Part shown: positions 16,682 to 26,337 of the stretch, piece by piece
How the letters are laid out: every line of letters starts with the position of its first letter
Numbering within the stretch: the stretch's first letter is position 1
IMG/VR virus record: IMGVR_UViG_3300044940_000186
Location: 1 to 34,950 of that record
Source of the DNA: a virus
Taxonomy: Duplodnaviria > Caudoviricetes
DNA: 34,950 nucleotides
Reading direction: 5' to 3' (one strand)
Translations under genes and position numbers: made by a program
Notes under the pieces: model-generated
Told to the model about the DNA's origin: nothing
The model's database searches: none
Seen by the model: the letters and a program-made list of their open reading frames with translations, nothing else

Positions 16682-18106
16682 TTATCCTATGCTCCTTTGT
16701 TGTTGTGGTACAAAATTTCTTGCAAAGCTACTATACATTGCTCCAACGTCTTGCTGTTGGCTTGCCGCATTGTTTTGCTGATTTCTCTGATTAAACTCTG
16801 CTGCAAAGTTTTGATTCCCCGATGGTGGAGGAGGTGGGGGAATTTTAGGTTGAGCTGGTGCTCTACGACCGCCAGTAGGAACAGGGGCTGGCGTATCTCC
16901 CCACTTCATTCCAGCAGTCGTTCTTGTGATATCGTCCTTCCAGATTTTAGCAGTTGTAGCATCTATTTTATTGCTAGATAACATAGCATCTATTTGTTCA
17001 TGCAATAACTTTGGATTGGCGTCTAATTGCCTATAAAAACTTTGTACATTGGCAAGTGCTTTATTGTAATCCCCCCCAGAATTGCTCATTGCCGCTCTAA
17101 CTAAATATCCAGTAAAGTCCGATGTTAATTTCTGGTCTCCTCCAGTCAAAACTGCAACCAAAGGATTAACTCTTGGAATTAGCTTTTGAACTAATGGGTC
17201 TTCGTGATTTAAATCAAAAGCATGCATCTTTCTTCCATCGGGTAAAACTCCATATCCTTCCTTCGCTTTCCCGTCTATCTTAATACCAGAAAAGATAGAA
17301 CCATCTGCTAATTTAAGATTGAAATCTTTATCTAAGAAATTTACTTTTTGCAGTTGCTTTCTAACAGCGTCTCTCTTCATTTGGTCTTTATCTTTAGAGG
17401 AACCAAAAACATCCGAGCCAAGAAAACCAGCTAGTCCTCCTATCACAGCTCCAATAGCTGTTCCAATACCGGGTATAACACTCCCAATAGCGGCTCCAGA
17501 AGCAGCTCCAGAGACAGCTGCAGAGGTATTTCTCTTGCTCCCTGTTGGCATCGCTCCTGTTAATTTGGCAGTTTGATAAGCTCCATAAAGTCCAGCAATT
17601 GGAGTAGCTACTCCAGCAATGGAAGCTCCCGTCTGAGAACCTAACGAAGCAGCAATATTAGCCCCTCCTGCTACTGTATTAATTCCACCGCCTAGCATAT
17701 TTCCTTGTCTTAATTGACTTAGTCCTTGAATAGCTTGGACTCCTCCTAGTATCCCTTGACCATAATTAAAAGAAGTTACCGGCTCAACCACTCCAGTGGG
17801 GGTCATCGGAGCAACTGACTGATTGGCTAGCACCGTCCCTCCGTTAACAGAACTTGCAACTGGAGTTGTTGGAGAAAGACCCCCAATGGTCGTAGGAGAA
17901 GAGCTATCCCCAAATAGACTATTGGAAATAGCTTTTCTTATTTCTCCATCATTATAAATAGAATCTGCTGCTAAGGCAGAAATAAGGATACTTCCACCGC
18001 TAGATTTTTTCTTACGCTGTTCTTGTTCTTGAGCTTGTTGTTGTTGAAGCCTTTGAGCATAATCCTGCTGATTCTGTAGGGCTTGTATGTAGGCATTTTG
18101 AGACAT
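16682..18106 (-). CDS. Putative internal virion protein with glycine-zipper segments
   Basis: 'SGAASGAAIGSVIPGIGTAIGAVIGGLAGFLG' and Q-rich termini. Confidence 0.65.
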   Translation of the reverse strand: MSQNAYIQALQNQQDYAQRLQQQQAQEQEQRKKKSSGGSILISALAADSIYNDGEIRKAISNSLFGDSSSPTTIGGLSPTTPVASSVNGGTVLANQSVAPMTPTGVVEPVTSFNYGQGILGGVQAIQGLSQLRQGNMLGGGINTVAGGANIAASLGSQTGASIAGVATPIAGLYGAYQTAKLTGAMPTGSKRNTSAAVSGAASGAAIGSVIPGIGTAIGAVIGGLAGFLGSDVFGSSKDKDQMKRDAVRKQLQKVNFLDKDFNLKLADGSIFSGIKIDGKAKEGYGVLPDGRKMHAFDLNHEDPLVQKLIPRVNPLVAVLTGGDQKLTSDFTGYLVRAAMSNSGGDYNKALANVQSFYRQLDANPKLLHEQIDAMLSSNKIDATTAKIWKDDITRTTAGMKWGDTPAPVPTGGRRAPAQPKIPPPPPPSGNQNFAAEFNQRNQQNNAASQQQDVGAMYSSFARNFVPQQQRSIG

Positions 18107-18109
18107 TCA

Positions 18110-18592
18110 TTACCTTCCTACTATTGGTTGTTGAGCTGATACCATTCCTCGACCAATTAATCCTGCTAAATTCTGATAGCCAGTTTGAGCACTCTCTCCA
18201 CCTCTTTGTGCCAACTGAGCACCAGTGTTAATAGCACTAGTTAAGGTATCAGGCTTCATCATCTCCAACATTCTCATTCTACCAGATAACAAAGCTTGTT
18301 GAGCTTCTATTTTAATTCTTTGTCTCTCTCTTGCGTCTGTTATTCTAGCAGCCGCCAAAGCCGCTCCACTACCGGCCCCAGCACTAGCGGCTTGTAGCTG
18401 AGCAATGGCTAGTCGATTTGCAAGCTCAGCCTCCTGAAGCTTCATTCTCTCATCGAAAGAAAGAGAATCAGAACCTCTCTTATCTCCGCCACCTGCAAAA
18501 AGCTGACCAAGAGTAGAAATACCAATAGGGATTAACTTATCCCATAAACTAGCTCCACTAAGCGAAGCTCCTATTCCTTCTAGTATACTCAT
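18110..18592 (-). CDS. Putative small internal virion protein
   Basis: Gly/Ala-rich with a hydrophobic N-terminus. Confidence 0.55.
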   Translation of the reverse strand: MSILEGIGASLSGASLWDKLIPIGISTLGQLFAGGGDKRGSDSLSFDERMKLQEAELANRLAIAQLQAASAGAGSGAALAAARITDARERQRIKIEAQQALLSGRMRMLEMMKPDTLTSAINTGAQLAQRGGESAQTGYQNLAGLIGRGMVSAQQPIVGR

Positions 18593-18966
18593 TAGCTCAT
18601 CCCCCCTGCTTTCATGTAATTAACAAAAGCATTTATCTTTTCTAGTTCTTCAGGAGTCATTAATAATTCAGGTCTTTCTTGTTGAACCGTACCAAAGTTT
18701 GGTACGGGAGGTGGACTTACCATCGGCATTGCGGTAACACGAGGTTGCGCCATCGGCTGTTGTGGCATTGGATTAGAAGAAACTCCTGCTCCACTAAGAA
18801 GACCCCCAACTCTAGGTTGAGGTTGAGGAGCTGTCACAACTTGAGGTTCAGGCAGAGCGGCACCTATAACAGGACGACCAAAGTATCTCTGCATAGCAGC
18901 TACTTTATCCTCGTTACTCTGAGGGGCTATTTGCTTCTGAGGTTCCTTCTTCTTGTCCTTTTCCAT
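18592..18966 (-). CDS. Hypothetical Pro/Gln-rich protein
   Basis: 124 aa, overlapping or coupled with both neighbours. Confidence 0.65.
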   Translation of the reverse strand: MEKDKKKEPQKQIAPQSNEDKVAAMQRYFGRPVIGAALPEPQVVTAPQPQPRVGGLLSGAGVSSNPMPQQPMAQPRVTAMPMVSPPPVPNFGTVQQERPELLMTPEELEKINAFVNYMKAGGMS

Positions 18967-19126
18967 CTATTGCCTTCTTTTCTTTTTCTACTATTAAAGA
19001 TTCTATTGTAGCTAGATTTCTTTTTTGAATTTCAAGCTCTCTAAGAGTGTCATAGCCTAGTGCTTTTAATTCATTGACTGTTAGTGTTGAAATGTCTTTT
19101 TGTTCCATATTCTCCTTTATGTCCAT
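18914..19126 (-). CDS. Small coiled-coil protein, possible tail-fibre chaperone
   Basis: 'LTVNELKALGYD..RELE...NL..IE'. Directly downstream of the tail fibre. AAAGGAG precedes an internal Met. Confidence 0.55.
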   Translation of the reverse strand: MDIKENMEQKDISTLTVNELKALGYDTLRELEIQKRNLATIESLIVEKEKKAIDGKGQEEGTSEANSPSE

Positions 19127-20481
19127 GTTATAGTTCTTGTTGTAGCTCCATCTCGGAACTTTAAATTAGTCCCATCATACCAAAAATCTCCAGAATTAGG
19201 AGCACTAGGGGCCGTCCCAGCAGGTATGCGAATTGAAGCCACCGAGGTAGTAGATGCTGCAACATGAACGTAGGCTGTAGGTGAAGTCACCCCAATTCCT
19301 AAACAACCGTTAGAGCCAAGTAGACGCATACGCTCTGTAGCAGTTGCATCAGTACTTGTTACCCAATAAAAACTTGAAGATCCATTACCTGTAGATTGGA
19401 ACCACATGGAATTTGTTCCATCAAATCCTATCGCGGTTTTTTGGTTTGACGCATTCCAAAAGACTATCTTATCACCGCTAGAAGTGGTGTTGGCATTAGA
19501 GGGATTCGCCCAACCTTGATTATTGAAAATAAGTGTAGTTTTATTTCCACCATTAGAAGTTCCACCGTTTCCTAATCTTAATAAGTCTCCAAAGGTGTAT
19601 GCTGTCTGACTTGTGGCAGCAGAGATTGTGCCATCTCCGATTTGTAGGCCTCTAGTAGCTCCTGTCTCAAAAGCCATTATTTTAGTATTATGATAATACC
19701 ACTCAAATCCATCTCCAACTACACCGCTCTTAGATTGAAACCATAATACTCCACCGTTTCGACCAATGGCTATTTTACCACTTGCATCATTACGAAAAAC
19801 TAACTTATCACCGTTACTTGTAGCATCAAAAGTAGATGGTCCAGCCCATCCTTGGTTATTAAAAACAATAGTTGTTCTATTCGAAGCCGAAGAAGTTCCA
19901 CTTAATCCTAAAACTGCATAATCCCCTGTGGCTAGTGCGGTTTGACCTGTTGCTACAACAGAAGCATTAGCAACGCACAACCTTCCTTCAGCGGTAATTC
20001 TTGCTCTTTCTACAGCAGTTGCTGAGCTGTTAGTGACAAAAAGAATCCCTCCAGTGGCAGCATTTGTTTGTGCCTGAATATATAAAGAAGCATTACTATC
20101 TACTCCAATGGCATCTTTTAAGCTAAACCCATTAAAAAAAACTAACTTATCTCCTCCTGAAGAAGTATTGGCATTACTAGCCCCTCCTGTTCCATTATTA
20201 GTAAATAAGATAGTTGTTTTTGCTGATGAGTTACCATCGACATCTGTTCTACCTATTACTAGATAATCGCCAGTAACAAGGGTTGGCATGGATGCTGTCT
20301 TAGCAGCAGCATTTGCAATTCCTAATCTATTATTAGTATTATCCCAAAAGAAATTTGCATTAGCCTGCTGAAGGACACTAGCAGCACCAACAAACAAAAC
20401 ACTACCAGTAGTGCCACCAGTTAAAGTTGTAGTGCCTACTGTTATTGTAGAAGAACCGCCCCCACCTCCACCTATTGGCAT
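19117..20481 (-). CDS. Tail fibre protein with three internal repeats
   Basis: 'GSVLFVG....LQQ.NANFFWDNTNNRLGI', 'ERMRL...GCLGIGVTSP', three 'TT..F.N.G...S...TS.GDK.VF.N' modules, and C-terminal 'GTAPSAPNSGDFWYDG'. Confidence 0.8.
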   Translation of the reverse strand: MPIGGGGGGSSTITVGTTTLTGGTTGSVLFVGAASVLQQANANFFWDNTNNRLGIANAAAKTASMPTLVTGDYLVIGRTDVDGNSSAKTTILFTNNGTGGASNANTSSGGDKLVFFNGFSLKDAIGVDSNASLYIQAQTNAATGGILFVTNSSATAVERARITAEGRLCVANASVVATGQTALATGDYAVLGLSGTSSASNRTTIVFNNQGWAGPSTFDATSNGDKLVFRNDASGKIAIGRNGGVLWFQSKSGVVGDGFEWYYHNTKIMAFETGATRGLQIGDGTISAATSQTAYTFGDLLRLGNGGTSNGGNKTTLIFNNQGWANPSNANTTSSGDKIVFWNASNQKTAIGFDGTNSMWFQSTGNGSSSFYWVTSTDATATERMRLLGSNGCLGIGVTSPTAYVHVAASTTSVASIRIPAGTAPSAPNSGDFWYDGTNLKFRDGATTRTITWT

Positions 20482-20487
20482 AGAAAA

Positions 20488-20784
20488 CTACCCTTCTATA
20501 AATAAAATTAAGGTTGTTGCAGAACCACTTGCTTGATAAACAGTGATACTACCAGTAGGACAAGTGTTGTCAGTAGACTCATACCACTCGTCAGGTTTTA
20601 AAACTAAAGCCCCATTAGCAGGGGTAATGGCTGATAATGCTTGACCTTGCAATCCAACTGCTATATTACCAGCCGTATAATTACGAACAAAAAAATAAGA
20701 CCTATCAGAATTAGCAGCAAGTGCAACTACATTCGTAGCATTAGCTATACTAGGAACTGTGCATTTTACGGAGCGTTTTTTCAT
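20488..20784 (-). CDS. Small virion-associated beta-sandwich protein
   Basis: 'ALAANSDRSYFFVRN...NIAVG...GALVLKP' is a pattern common in small phage structural proteins. Confidence 0.6.
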   Translation of the reverse strand: MKKRSVKCTVPSIANATNVVALAANSDRSYFFVRNYTAGNIAVGLQGQALSAITPANGALVLKPDEWYESTDNTCPTGSITVYQASGSATTLILFIEG

Positions 20785-20795
20785 GTTAATCCTAT

Positions 20796-20830
20796 AAAAG
20801 CCTAGATAGTAAAACTACTACTACCTAGGC
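20796..20830 (-). terminator. Rho-independent terminator
   Basis: Minus strand GCCTAGGTAGTA-loop-TACTATCTAGGC followed by TTTT. Confidence 0.65.
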
Positions 20831-20840
20831 ACTTTTAAAA

Positions 20841-21311
20841 TTACTCTATTGCAGGAACAGTTGCATAGATAACTTCTACCTCAACTTCACCAGCCGTAAA
20901 GTTAGAGCCACCAGCTGTTAACAAGACTCCAGTTGCCGTCTTGAATAATTCGACATTTACTGTAGTATTATCCCCATTTATTACACTGTTTGATTTAGCC
21001 CCTAAAGTTACCGCCATAGCATCTGCAAACTTATCAGTATTCCCAGATACTCCAACTAATATTGAAGTAGCTCCAGTTACTAGAGTAGTAACTTTTGCTC
21101 TTACCGAGTAAACAAAAGAACCTGCTGGAATTAAGTTAGCAAAAGTGTAGTTAGCTCCTGATAGTGGCCCTGAACTTGCTCTTACTGACTTAAGTTGAAG
21201 TCCTGATTGAGTACCAATAATATGATCCACTCCACCAGAACCACCAACTCTTACTGGAACAGAAGTATCTGCGATCACCTGATGTCTTACTGTATCTATA
21301 TTTAATGTCAT
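20841..21311 (-). CDS. Putative capsid decoration/spike-base protein
   Basis: 'LIPAGSFVYSV...VTT...GATSILVG...FTAGEVEVEVIY'. Directly after the major capsid gene with AAGGAG RBS. Confidence 0.6.
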   Translation of the reverse strand: MTLNIDTVRHQVIADTSVPVRVGGSGGVDHIIGTQSGLQLKSVRASSGPLSGANYTFANLIPAGSFVYSVRAKVTTLVTGATSILVGVSGNTDKFADAMAVTLGAKSNSVINGDNTTVNVELFKTATGVLLTAGGSNFTAGEVEVEVIYATVPAIE

Positions 21312-21330
21312 TTTAAAATCTCCTTAAACT

Positions 21331-21356
21331 AAAATGGGGTAGTTTCCCACCCCTTT
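21331..21356 (-). terminator. Hairpin/terminator after the major capsid gene
   Basis: Minus strand GGGGTGG-GAAA-CTACCCC followed by ATTTT. Confidence 0.65.
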
Positions 21357-21359
21357 AAA

Positions 21360-22580
21360 TTACGCTACTGCCAAGTTGTACAACACGCCATGGAAAGGAA
21401 GAGCTATAAAGAACTCCTCATAAGTAGCGTGCCTTAACTCGAATTGATCCTCATCAACTACTCTTAAGTAGCCCTGACCACCAATATCTTCCTTAACAAA
21501 ACCAGTGTTTGGTCTTCTATAGAAAGACATGAATTTAGTGTTAAGAGCGTAGAATCTACCATCTTCGCAGAACTTGTCAGGGAAAATGTTCATCACACCT
21601 TGAGAGCCGATGAATTCAATTCCTGCCATTGAGACTTTCCCTTTGGAGGCCCCTCTATCAAAGTTATATCTCTTCTGGTTAGTAAATGTGTTTAGTAACA
21701 ACTCATATTGCTTATAGCTAGTTACTGCCATATTAGGAGTTTTACCGCACTTTTTCTCTACTGTTACCATTAGTCTATTAAGGAGAGCCTCTGATATCGC
21801 AGCCGCAGAAGCATCAATTCTTGTTGCAGACCATTTTCTATCAACAGGAATTCCATAAGCAGAACCAACGGTAGTATCAAGGATTTTCAAACCCATAGGG
21901 TCAGCATTTTCAGAACCTTGCATATAGCAGACATCTGTGTTTGCAGGAACTTTGCTTCCACCAGCTTGACGCTGAACTCTAATAGTTCTAGTGGCTGGAG
22001 TTACGCTAGTTACTAGGAATAAATCAGTGTTCCCTGACTCGATGTTTATTAACATCCCTTCTTCCCAGTTTGCTTCTTTCCAAGTTGCAGTAGAAATCAC
22101 AATATCCCAGATTCCAGCAGAAACTAGAGTAGGAGCAGCTCCGATAGTTCCTACAGTTCCAGTTCCATCGTTGAAAAGAATTCTGTTATGGTTCCAAGCA
22201 TCACCTTGAGCAGTTCTCTTAATAGCTTCTGCCATTAATCGAACAAACGCTCCAGAATCATTTAAAGAAGCCATGATTGACTCTCTATCGATTCTGTTGA
22301 TAGCGTAAACTTTCTTGGCGGTGAAGTTAACCTCCCCATAAGGGTTAGTTCTAAACTGAGGAAGCTTTCCAGCTCCAACACCAGTCATATATCCTAATGG
22401 TACAGGAAACTTTGCTTCTTTACCCGTAAAGTCGTTTCTCTTCGGGATTAAGTTTAAGGTGGGTTGAGATGTGTTCATCACATCTTCGTATAGCGGTTCG
22501 TATTTGGTTTTAAATAAACCATCGGTTTCAGCGTTATTTAATCCATACACTGAACCTAAGTTGGTTGTTGAAATTGACAT
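21360..22580 (-). CDS. Major capsid protein
   Basis: 406 aa following portal and scaffold. 'LFNDGTG', 'DPMGL', 'PDKFC..GRFYALNT'. Followed by a terminator. Confidence 0.85.
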   Translation of the reverse strand: MSISTTNLGSVYGLNNAETDGLFKTKYEPLYEDVMNTSQPTLNLIPKRNDFTGKEAKFPVPLGYMTGVGAGKLPQFRTNPYGEVNFTAKKVYAINRIDRESIMASLNDSGAFVRLMAEAIKRTAQGDAWNHNRILFNDGTGTVGTIGAAPTLVSAGIWDIVISTATWKEANWEEGMLINIESGNTDLFLVTSVTPATRTIRVQRQAGGSKVPANTDVCYMQGSENADPMGLKILDTTVGSAYGIPVDRKWSATRIDASAAAISEALLNRLMVTVEKKCGKTPNMAVTSYKQYELLLNTFTNQKRYNFDRGASKGKVSMAGIEFIGSQGVMNIFPDKFCEDGRFYALNTKFMSFYRRPNTGFVKEDIGGQGYLRVVDEDQFELRHATYEEFFIALPFHGVLYNLAVA

Positions 22581-22646
22581 ATCTTTGCCCTAAAAAAAGT
22601 TAAACATTCACCGTTTAAACTTTCTCTAAGACTTTCCTAGATAGGT

Positions 22647-23930
22647 CTAAACAGTAGTTGGTAAATCTGATTCCATAATCTGCTTTAGTAGATCATCTAC
22701 CAAGCTAGGTTGAGGAACCGGCTTTCCTTGTTTACTTCCTTTAGGTGCGAGAGCCTTAGCGACTGAAGTGGCTGGCTTCTGGCTTGCCAAAGAAGTAACT
22801 TTCTTTGGTGATGGTTTTCCTAACACCTCTGAAAGTATTTCTTTTAGCTCTGTTGCATCACTCCAAACTCCCGCTTTTTTGAGTTTAAACATCTCAGCGA
22901 GAAAATCTTGTTTTGCTTCTTTGCTAAAAGCATTAAATTTCTGAGAGTTTACTTTACTAGCTACACCCTCAATCTCAACATATACTGGAATCGCAGAAAG
23001 CCTGTCAAGAACAATATCTCTTATTTGCTCTTCATTGGCATTGTTCGGGAATATCTCCGGCTGGTTGTCAATTAGGAAGTTAGAAGCGTCCCTAAACTCA
23101 TCTAAGGTAAAGCCTCGTGCTAAAACAAGGTTTTCCGTGTCTGCCCAAAATTGCTGTTGTTTTATAGAAACCTCTTTCTTTTGAGCTTCTTTTAACTCTC
23201 TTTGCTTATATTGCTCTAGCTCAATAGCATCAAGTAGTTGCTTTCGACCTTCAGGTGAAGTCTCAAGCCATTCTCTTACAGTCTTGTCTGCTTGGACTAA
23301 AAAATTTGCTACCTGCTCTTTAGCATTTAAGCCTTTAAGATTAGCTATTGCAATAATAGCCCCTAGTGGGTTTTTGTTTTCTAACTGATAAACTACATTT
23401 TGAAGCTCTGAAGCCTTTTCTTGAGCTTCCTTAACAAACTGAGCTTTTTCCGCTTCTAAGGATTTTTTTTGTCGTCCTAACTCTGAGAACTTATTTGCCC
23501 AAACAGTTCTTCCGTTATAGTCAGTAACTAAATCTTTAACAGAAACTATCTTAGTCTTTCCGTCTACTTTGATTTTAATAGTAGCAGTTTCGGGAACCTC
23601 GACTTCCTCCCCGTTAACCTTCATGTTAAACGTAGGAACATCCTCCTCTTCTGAAGTTTGTTCTACTTCCTCTTCGGTCGCCTCTTCTTCTGCTGTCTCC
23701 TCGGTTACTTCCTCCTCTGATTCTGAGGGTTCGTTGTCAACTTCTTCGTTCTGTTCTTCTTCTTGCTCCACTTCACTATCTGAAGGTTCTTCAGGTAATG
23801 GAGTCTCTGCTTCCAGTTGTTGTCCATTTGCACTATCAAAAATATCGTTAACATGAGAAAAGGGATCGTCATAAGACATTACATCAGCATTTCCCATTGG
23901 TAGGGCGGTTGCGTTATCAGGTTGTGTCAT
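22647..23930 (-). CDS. Capsid scaffolding protein
   Basis: Very acidic N-terminus, 'KVNGEEVEV...KVDGKTKIVSVKDL..DY', and a coiled coil. Between portal and capsid. Confidence 0.8.
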   Translation of the reverse strand: MTQPDNATALPMGNADVMSYDDPFSHVNDIFDSANGQQLEAETPLPEEPSDSEVEQEEEQNEEVDNEPSESEEEVTEETAEEEATEEEVEQTSEEEDVPTFNMKVNGEEVEVPETATIKIKVDGKTKIVSVKDLVTDYNGRTVWANKFSELGRQKKSLEAEKAQFVKEAQEKASELQNVVYQLENKNPLGAIIAIANLKGLNAKEQVANFLVQADKTVREWLETSPEGRKQLLDAIELEQYKQRELKEAQKKEVSIKQQQFWADTENLVLARGFTLDEFRDASNFLIDNQPEIFPNNANEEQIRDIVLDRLSAIPVYVEIEGVASKVNSQKFNAFSKEAKQDFLAEMFKLKKAGVWSDATELKEILSEVLGKPSPKKVTSLASQKPATSVAKALAPKGSKQGKPVPQPSLVDDLLKQIMESDLPTTV

Positions 23931-23941
23931 AATAATATCCT

Positions 23942-26005
23942 TTAAAAATTAGGTAAAGATTGCCCAAGGACGGCGTCCCCCATACCTTGAGATTGAGGCA
24001 TTGCCATCTCTGCTGGAACCTGTAGAGGAGCCCCTTGAGCTAATGGATCTCCCATCCCTGCCATCTCCATTCCCATAGGTTGAGGTTGTGGTTGTGCTTG
24101 CGGTTCTGGAAGAGCTGTTTTCATGGGTAAGAATATAGGAAAGTTTGGAAGCATATCTATTTGTTGGGCAGATGCTTGAGACTTATCCTTCATTTTTTCA
24201 ATGAACATTTCATGCACTAAAACGTGGTCTTGAAACGAATCCTTAAAAACTTTAGGAAGTCTTCTATAAGTTTCCGTTTGCATAAAAATTACATGATTTG
24301 TCCAGTGAGTTATGTGATCATCGCTTGGCTCTGGAGCACTAACAGGAATACCATCCATAAAATCAGAGTTTTCTTCGTTAACCCTATCAAGAGCAGCAGT
24401 TAAAATATCATAAGCTTTTTGAGGTTGAGCAATCTCTAAGATATCTGCAATCTGCTCTGGTCTTAACAACCCCGGAACTGTTTGCTGTAAGAATCCGATT
24501 TCTTCTATTCTTCCTGCTTTTGACTCGCTAAAGCCAGTAGAGTTTTGAATAATAATATCATAGTTAGAGCTAATCTTAACTTCTGCAAGTCTATAGATTT
24601 TATATCGGTTATTCTTGCCAACAGTTCTAATTAACCTGTCTGGATTTAATGGGTACCTATCTCCGATAATACTTGCAGCTTTTGTTATTATCTTTCTAAT
24701 TAACTCGTTGTGCTTAGTTATTAGAGTTGAGTTTCTCTTAACTTCTTGTTCTTCGTAGAACTGAAGCATTGAAGCAGCTCTACTTCCAGCAGGAGGAGTC
24801 CCTCTTGATACTCCTTGAATACCATAGATTGTTTGCATCTCACTTCTCATGTCTTGCCTAAAAGTATAGGTATCAGCATTAACAGAGTTAAAAGTAGCAA
24901 GCTCAGGTTTTGGAGTTCCCGGATTATACCAAGCAATAGAAGCAGTGTTGCCTAATGTTTTCATATCAACAGAGCCTTTTTGAGCCATCCACTTTGGATG
25001 AGCTGTTAAGAGAATATTTCTGTTAATAAGAGCAGTTAATTTATTATAAGTATTTTGAAGAGGGATAAGATAATTGTACCCACTCATAGGAAAAATTCTT
25101 CCCGGAACGTCAATATCAGTATGACGCTCATAAGGAAAATCATTATGAGAGTAAGGATATTTTCTTTCAACTAAAACAACTTTGTTTCCAGCTATCTCAA
25201 AAATTAATCCATCAGGAAGGTATTGAGAGGGTTTGTAAATTACTCGATAAACAACAACCTCGTCACTTCCTTTCATAATATCAGGAGCGAATGTATAAAC
25301 AGTTTGAAGAGAATCAGCTTGAATAGAAGCATCTTTATATTTTACTCTTGCTTCCTCAACGTGAATAATCTCTTTAACTTCTGTGATAAAAGAAACATCC
25401 CTCCAATGTCTTTTAGGCTCATAGAAAACCCAAAAAGGCTCTTTGGTGAAAATAGTAACATCCCCTATGGGTTTGCCCTTCTTTAAATCTCCAGCTTGAG
25501 CATCCCAATCGATACCAACAAAGCACTCTCCAAAAACAGCAGTCCATCTTTCTATCTCTTGAATTAAGAAATCTAGGTTATTGTTTCTTGCTACTGCATC
25601 AAGACAAGGTTTTAAAAGTCTTGCTGTAATTCTATCAGTCTCTTCGGTATGAGTTGGGGCGACATCAAAAGCTGGTTTGTAAGATGAGAGCCTCGATACT
25701 CTTTGCTCAGTTAGCTCATACATGTGTCCTACTACAACTGGCATCTGGTCTGCTGAGATGTTAGCTAGAGTTCTAGTCCCTAAAAGAAGCTTTGCCCCTA
25801 AAGAGCCAGAAGTTTCATTTAGATACCACCCTAAGTTTAGGTTCATTCTTCGGATTCTATTCTCGTGAATTCTTTCAAGAAGGGGCTGGGTTTGACCAAA
25901 CCATTTTAGCAAGCCTTGTTTTGTTTTATGATTACCATCAACCCAAACAGGAGTAATTGATTGCCTAGCTTCTTGTTCTGCAAAATCAAACTGCCCAACG
26001 TCCAT
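23942..26005 (-). CDS. Portal protein
   Basis: 687 aa after the terminase. 'LIPLQNTYNK...HPKW', 'IYGIQGVSRG...', 'DDHITHW..H', with a P/Q/M-rich tail. Confidence 0.85.
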   Translation of the reverse strand: MDVGQFDFAEQEARQSITPVWVDGNHKTKQGLLKWFGQTQPLLERIHENRIRRMNLNLGWYLNETSGSLGAKLLLGTRTLANISADQMPVVVGHMYELTEQRVSRLSSYKPAFDVAPTHTEETDRITARLLKPCLDAVARNNNLDFLIQEIERWTAVFGECFVGIDWDAQAGDLKKGKPIGDVTIFTKEPFWVFYEPKRHWRDVSFITEVKEIIHVEEARVKYKDASIQADSLQTVYTFAPDIMKGSDEVVVYRVIYKPSQYLPDGLIFEIAGNKVVLVERKYPYSHNDFPYERHTDIDVPGRIFPMSGYNYLIPLQNTYNKLTALINRNILLTAHPKWMAQKGSVDMKTLGNTASIAWYNPGTPKPELATFNSVNADTYTFRQDMRSEMQTIYGIQGVSRGTPPAGSRAASMLQFYEEQEVKRNSTLITKHNELIRKIITKAASIIGDRYPLNPDRLIRTVGKNNRYKIYRLAEVKISSNYDIIIQNSTGFSESKAGRIEEIGFLQQTVPGLLRPEQIADILEIAQPQKAYDILTAALDRVNEENSDFMDGIPVSAPEPSDDHITHWTNHVIFMQTETYRRLPKVFKDSFQDHVLVHEMFIEKMKDKSQASAQQIDMLPNFPIFLPMKTALPEPQAQPQPQPMGMEMAGMGDPLAQGAPLQVPAEMAMPQSQGMGDAVLGQSLPNF

Positions 26006-26007
26006 AA

Positions 26008-26337
26008 TTACTCACCCTTAATGTCTGGAATATCTCCAATTAAATCGTCAAAATAGCTCATCCTTGAGCTTTTTCTTTCCTCTAGTGATACTATGTTATC
26101 ACGAGAAGAGCCTGTCATGTCTATCCCTAATGCTTCATCCATGGTTCTTCCTGTAGTTGCTTTGATAAGAGCTTCTGAAGCCATAGCCTGAGCGTGCTGT
26201 GCTATAATTAATGCATTTCGACTATCTGCTACCATTTCAATAGCTTTTGTCATTTGAGATGCTATTAACTTTTGCTCCATTTGAAGAGCTGCTAGTTGTT
26301 CTCTTAGAAACTTAATCTCTTTGTCCCAATCACTCAT
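26008..26337 (-). CDS. Hypothetical coiled-coil protein
   Basis: 109 aa between terminase and portal, overlapping terL. Confidence 0.7.
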   Translation of the reverse strand: MSDWDKEIKFLREQLAALQMEQKLIASQMTKAIEMVADSRNALIIAQHAQAMASEALIKATTGRTMDEALGIDMTGSSRDNIVSLEERKSSRMSYFDDLIGDIPDIKGE

